The notes under the pieces were generated by a model. That model was not told where the DNA came from and did not search any database. It worked only from the letters and a program-made list of their open reading frames with translations. 64,000 bases of DNA, taken from contig JBJCIZ010000239.1 in NCBI GenBank assembly GCA_051294375.1, forward strand, positions 1,816,581 through 1,880,580. The letters run 5' to 3'. The position numbers were made by a program, and so were the translations under genes. This stretch comes from Paraspadella gotoi (Eukaryota; Animalia; Chaetognatha). This document shows positions 59,548 through 64,000 of the stretch, one piece after another; positions within the stretch are counted from its first letter, which is position 1, and the number at the start of each line of letters is the position of its first letter.

Positions 59548-61250
59548 CGACAATTTACAATCCACAATCCAATCAATCCACAACCCCCACCATCCCCTCG
59601 ATCGGCTTAATTTTACTTTCGCCGACTGGGACCCTAACCGGTTAGTACGGTTTAAGCGTTAAAAAAAAATTAAATTAAGAAAAAAATTTGTTTAAGTTTA
59701 AAGATTGTTAGAGCAAGGAGGGTTATGGGTCGTTACGGTTAGGGGTGGTTAGGATTAAGGGTAGTTAGGGTTAGGGGTGGTTAGGGTTAGGTTGGGGTTA
59801 AGGGTAGTTTTTGAAAATCAATTTTACATTAAAAGGCGAATATAATGTTTAATCCTTTTTTTTTCTCTTCAAACCTTCCCAAAGTGGAATAGAAATAGAT
59901 GATGGAGAAGAGAACGCCCAAGCGAGACAGAAAGTAGAGCCAGTCGAGCCAATCGCGATTCCGCGCCTCGTCCTCGTCGTCGTCAGCCTCGAACATGGCG
60001 CCGCCGCCGGCATTGAGTCGACCCCCGGCGCCCGCCGCCGCCGCCTCCGCGCCCACGGCCGCCGCGGCGCCGCCGACGTTTCCGGCTTGGGGAGAGGAAG
60101 CCAAAAAGCAAGTAAATCGTTTATAAACGATGCCAACTCCGCTCTTCCTCTGTTTTTTTTTTTTCAGTTCATCATCGATAATAGTTATTCTGGAACCGAA
60201 CCGGTCTTTTTTTTTTCTATTAGCATTTAACCACTTTTGATATTTTATTCATTTCATTTTATACGGTTTCCGGGTTTCCTCTCAAGAACGACTTTTCATC
60301 CTTTTTTTTCCTTGACCATCCAACGTGACAAACGGGTCGCACACGGTTTCTCTCACACGGTTTCTCTCACACGGTTTCTCTCACACGGTTTCTCTCACAC
60401 GGTTTCTCTCACCGGCGACCGGAGGAACGCCAGCTGCAGGACCAGCCGCAGCAGCCGCCGCCGGATTGGAAAGTTGGGCCGGCGATCGTTGAACCGAACC
60501 TGATAGGATTAAGAGAGAAAGAGGCCCCCCCATGAAAGCGACAGTGGGAAGAGGAGGAGGAAAGGGATGAAGAGGACGACGATGATCACGTGGGTTTTGG
60601 GACACAGAAAAAAAAAAATATCTTTACCTGAAGCCGGGACTCCGAACATGGGAGATCGACCCCATTGATAGGCCTGAAGGAGAAGAGGGGCGGACGGGGG
60701 GGAAGAGAAGATCACAACAGACAGACATTTCAGAATGAAAAAAAAAAATTTGAGAGAACAACACGAGGCAGATGTTTTAGGGGCATCGAAGAAAATATTT
60801 TTACCGTCCACTCACCTGCACGAGCTGCAAGTACTGCATGTACTGCGTGTAATACTGCCACAACTGTTCGTGATAGTTTTGAGCATCGCCGCCGCTGCCG
60901 CTGCCGCTCTCCCTGGCGGCCTGGTTAAAGATAAATTTGAAAATGTTATCGAAAAATTAAAACTGTATATAAGAAAGTAATTTATACGATAACAAATAAT
61001 AATGAAGAATTTATCTGACCACGGCGGCGGGCCGTTGACCGTAGCGCTCTCTGTAAGCCTCGATCCAAGCGTAGTATCCCTCGGGCGTTATTCTCGGCAT
61101 CTGCGCCGTCGTCGTCGTCGACTGAGCAAAGGGGTGCGTCATGGGGTTGGGGATCGAGGCGCCGAAACCGTAAGGCACTTGGGGCGGCGCCGGGACGGCG
61201 TCGGCGCCGGAAGTCGGGCTCGTCGGGGCCGGACGGACGGTGGTTGAGCC
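58675..61250 (-). CDS. HERPUD/Herp ERAD protein, 3' exons; N-terminal ubiquitin-like exon(s) not seen in the window
   Basis: YYTQYMQYL, LNAGGG...NRDWLDWLYFLSRLGVLFSIIYFYSTLGR|FMLV and C-terminal TSFLSSLVPQPP. The most upstream visible exon starts at an acceptor, not an ATG. Confidence 0.85.
58818..58982. repeat. Dispersed intronic repeat containing ATGCAAAT, copy B
   Basis: Diverged copy of 56690-56852 in the same orientation. Confidence 0.8.
59601..59818. repeat. Foldback/telomere-like element, copy 2 (inverted, partial)
   Basis: tcggcttaattttactttcgccgac matches the reverse complement of the copy 1 right end; (TTAGGG)-like run and gtagtttttgaaaa follow. Confidence 0.7.
60341..60411. repeat. 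14-bp tandem repeat (acacggtttctctc) x5 starting at a HERPUD splice donor
   Basis: Directly visible; on the minus strand each unit carries GTGAGA. Confidence 0.95.
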
Positions 61251-61446
61251 TCGAAGGAGGGAAAAAGGGGAGGGGGTGTCAGTAAATGAATGGGAAAGAG
61301 AAAACTAAAAGACGATACAATTCAGTATTTCGAAAATATACATTCATCATAACATTGTTGCCAGAATTGAAAATATATGTCGATGAATCGGTCAACAGTT
61401 GACCCAAAAATCAGTGATCTTTTTGAAGACAAAGAATCATTTTTTG

Positions 61447-61504
<58 letters not shown>

Positions 61505-61856
61505 GACCACAACGATCGAATCGGCCAATGATCGCATCGGAACAGCTATTGTTTCGCTCAGGGTTCAAATATTGAAAGGGATCGAGGCCAGCAGCTGTCT
61601 CGACCACGATGCTATTCGACGCCAGGTTTATTGTTTTCGCTTTTTCCTGCAGAAACGACAGCTTACTCGTTTGCTCGCTTTCTCTCTCTCATATCTAGTC
61701 TTGTCTTCTTCATAAACGCATCAACGTTTTCATGATTTTCGCTCTTCACGACTGACGAAAAAACAAATAGATAAAAACATCAAACTTCTTTTCAGCAGCA
61801 ACTTCAGCAAAACAAAAATAACAAAAGAAAAACAACAACAACAACAACAACAAAAA

Positions 61857-63436
61857 ATGGCCGCGAGGGACGAGAACGGGGGCGTCCACCTCAGCGATAG
61901 AAAATTCATCGAAATATCAAAGTAAGTATTTTTTACATAACGAACAAAATCGTTTTGTATGACAGCGATGTTTTATATTAGTAGGATTGTTTAAAAAAAA
62001 TTGAACGCTAATTAGTTTGTTAGTGAGATGCATTGCACAACAACAACAACCGTTTCACCTTTTCAGAATCAAAATCAAAAACAAGAAGGCCCTCGTCGAC
62101 AAGAAGAAAATAAAAAGCAACGGCTTCGCCTGCGCCCTCCAGAAACGCCTGCTCGTCAAGAAGACCGTCAGAAAGCTTCGCGACGCCGAGAGCCTCGCGG
62201 CGACTGATTCCCCGATAACCTCGACCCCCGGAATCGCGGCGACGTTCGACGACGCCGCTTTTCGCATCTCGCCTAAGAAGACACGCCGCCAACGATTGGG
62301 CGACGTCAAATTTGTGAAAATCGGATTGGTGCCTAGAATGACGCCCCTTCCTCGAATGACGCCGATGCCAAAAATGACGACGGTACTAAAGATGACGCCG
62401 GTGACGGTGGTAACGAGAATAAAGCCAAAAATACCAAAAGAAGCCAAGGTACCTGTAACGCCGCCGTCAACACGATTAGTACCGATCGCAACAAAGGAAT
62501 CAAGACCGACACAATTACCCATTTTAAAAACCACTCCCACCGAGAATGCCACGTTCGAATCAAATTTAATCAAATCATCATCATCATCGTCATCATCATC
62601 AAGCATTGCCAGTCAATATCCTTCGTCAACATTTTTCAGTCTCTCCGTCGCACAAGCTTTTCTCAATAACATATCATCGCCGCAAAGCGGCCCCAGTTCT
62701 TCGGGCCAAAACTGCATCTCGCCGATCATCGCTAAACCACAGGATTCGACGAGACTCTCGAGAAAAGATCCCACCGATCGTAACCTGGCGAAGAGAGCAA
62801 CGCGACTCATCGACGCATCGGAAAAGACTAGACCAGCGATAAACTCGCCCCGCTCGGACGTTGCAACGGAAGGGAAAAGAAAAAGGAAATTCTTCGCCGA
62901 CTCGGAAAAGGGTCAAAGGCACGAGGTCGACCTTCACGCTGAGAAGTGCGACGTCGAATTTAAGAACAACGACAACGAGGAAGAGGCGAATCGAGACAGG
63001 CTGAGGCGATCGAAGAGACTCCGTCTCGGATCAACAAGTTCGCGAGAAACGGAGGTGCAAGGAAACGAAAGTTCGCGTAAGTATTGGACCGATTGTGTTT
63101 TTAGTATTTATCACTGGATTAGAATAATCTGACCTGTAAACAGACTTTGGTTAAATGTCAGTTATGACTTGGTTGAGGTCAGTCTCCTTGTCGCGGTCGT
63201 CGTTGTTGTTATTGGCGCACAACGTATATATTCTTTATGAATATAATCCACCTTTTCACCTTTTCCCTACAGATGAAGGAATCGAGACAGGATCGATTCG
63301 CCCGCGAAAAGACGGAATGAAATTGGATGAGAAGGAGAAGGAGAAAAATAAGGAGAAGAAGAAGAACGACAAAAACCACAACGAATCTCGTCCGATTCGC
63401 GCGACGCGGTCACAATCCAAAATTTCCAGTCATTGA
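61857..63436 (+). CDS. Unknown basic, low-complexity protein, 3 exons (61857-61921, 62067-63076, 63273-63436); weak IER/SERTA-like N-terminus
   Basis: AAAATGG start, two GTAAGT donors and TTTCAG/CTACAG acceptors that keep the frame; exon 2 corresponds to the 371-aa ORF. Confidence 0.7.
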
Positions 63437-64000
63437 TCCCGTTTTAATGGTTTTACTTGGTTATTTCCAAATTCTCGAAGCAAGTCAAAGTTATTTATCA
63501 TATTGACCAAAGGTTTAATTAACCAATAAGAATAATATTCATTCATCTTTTTTTTTAAACAATTTTTAAATTTTTTATTGGTTTTCTGTTAGGACTCTGT
63601 ATTAAGGCGAGCCAAAATTTAACACTTGAGTTTTGCCAATATAAGTATTCTGCAATAAAATTTTTTAGCCCTTTTATCACAGAACTGATATCCATTTTTA
63701 TTGTTTTAATTACTTAGTTGTATTGATACGCTGCAGAATTTTAATATTTTAATAAAATTTTTAGCTAAACACGTGATAATAATTGGGTCAAAAATTTAAA
63801 AATTTAAAAATTATCATCATAATTGGATGAAAGTCATAATTTTTAGTAATTTTTACTGATAAAACAATTTTAAAATGTTGTAATAATAAACTATTCAAAA
63901 TGTCAAAGGTTTTTGTATTATACAATAATTTAATATTTAAAAAAAGCTTTCGTGTTTGTACTTTAATTTATTTTTATGATCTCAAATGGACACTTCACCA

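Overview
This is eukaryotic (animal, invertebrate-type) genomic DNA. It has GC/CpG-rich exons, short AT-rich spliceosomal introns and one assembly gap (25780-25789). The dominant feature is a run of 23 consecutive protein-coding genes all on the minus strand across about 61 kb: RIM-binding protein, NDUFA4, a very long GTSF1-like protein, MRPL18, CANT1, eIF3e, a STAR protein with two KH-QUA2 modules, PSMA2, Rab3, RPS21, ephrin, DCN1, WDR82, BTB-zinc finger, pICln, NUP133, SEM1, WDR46, MS4A-like, RABGGTB, ankyrin-SOCS, cytochrome b561 and HERPUD. Several stop-to-start spacers are only about 145-300 bp, which suggests operon-like polycistronic transcription resolved by trans-splicing (inference; no RNA data). 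The single plus-strand gene (61857-63436) appears nested in a HERPUD intron. Other elements are a two-copy TA-flanked MITE, a tRNA-derived SINE, an intronic foldback repeat with a telomere-like core, tandem duplications of splice donors, two GC-AG introns, a candidate poison exon in eIF3e and a 1-nt frameshift in RABGGTB. Gene names come from motif recognition by eye and exon boundaries were read manually, so they may be off by a few bases.
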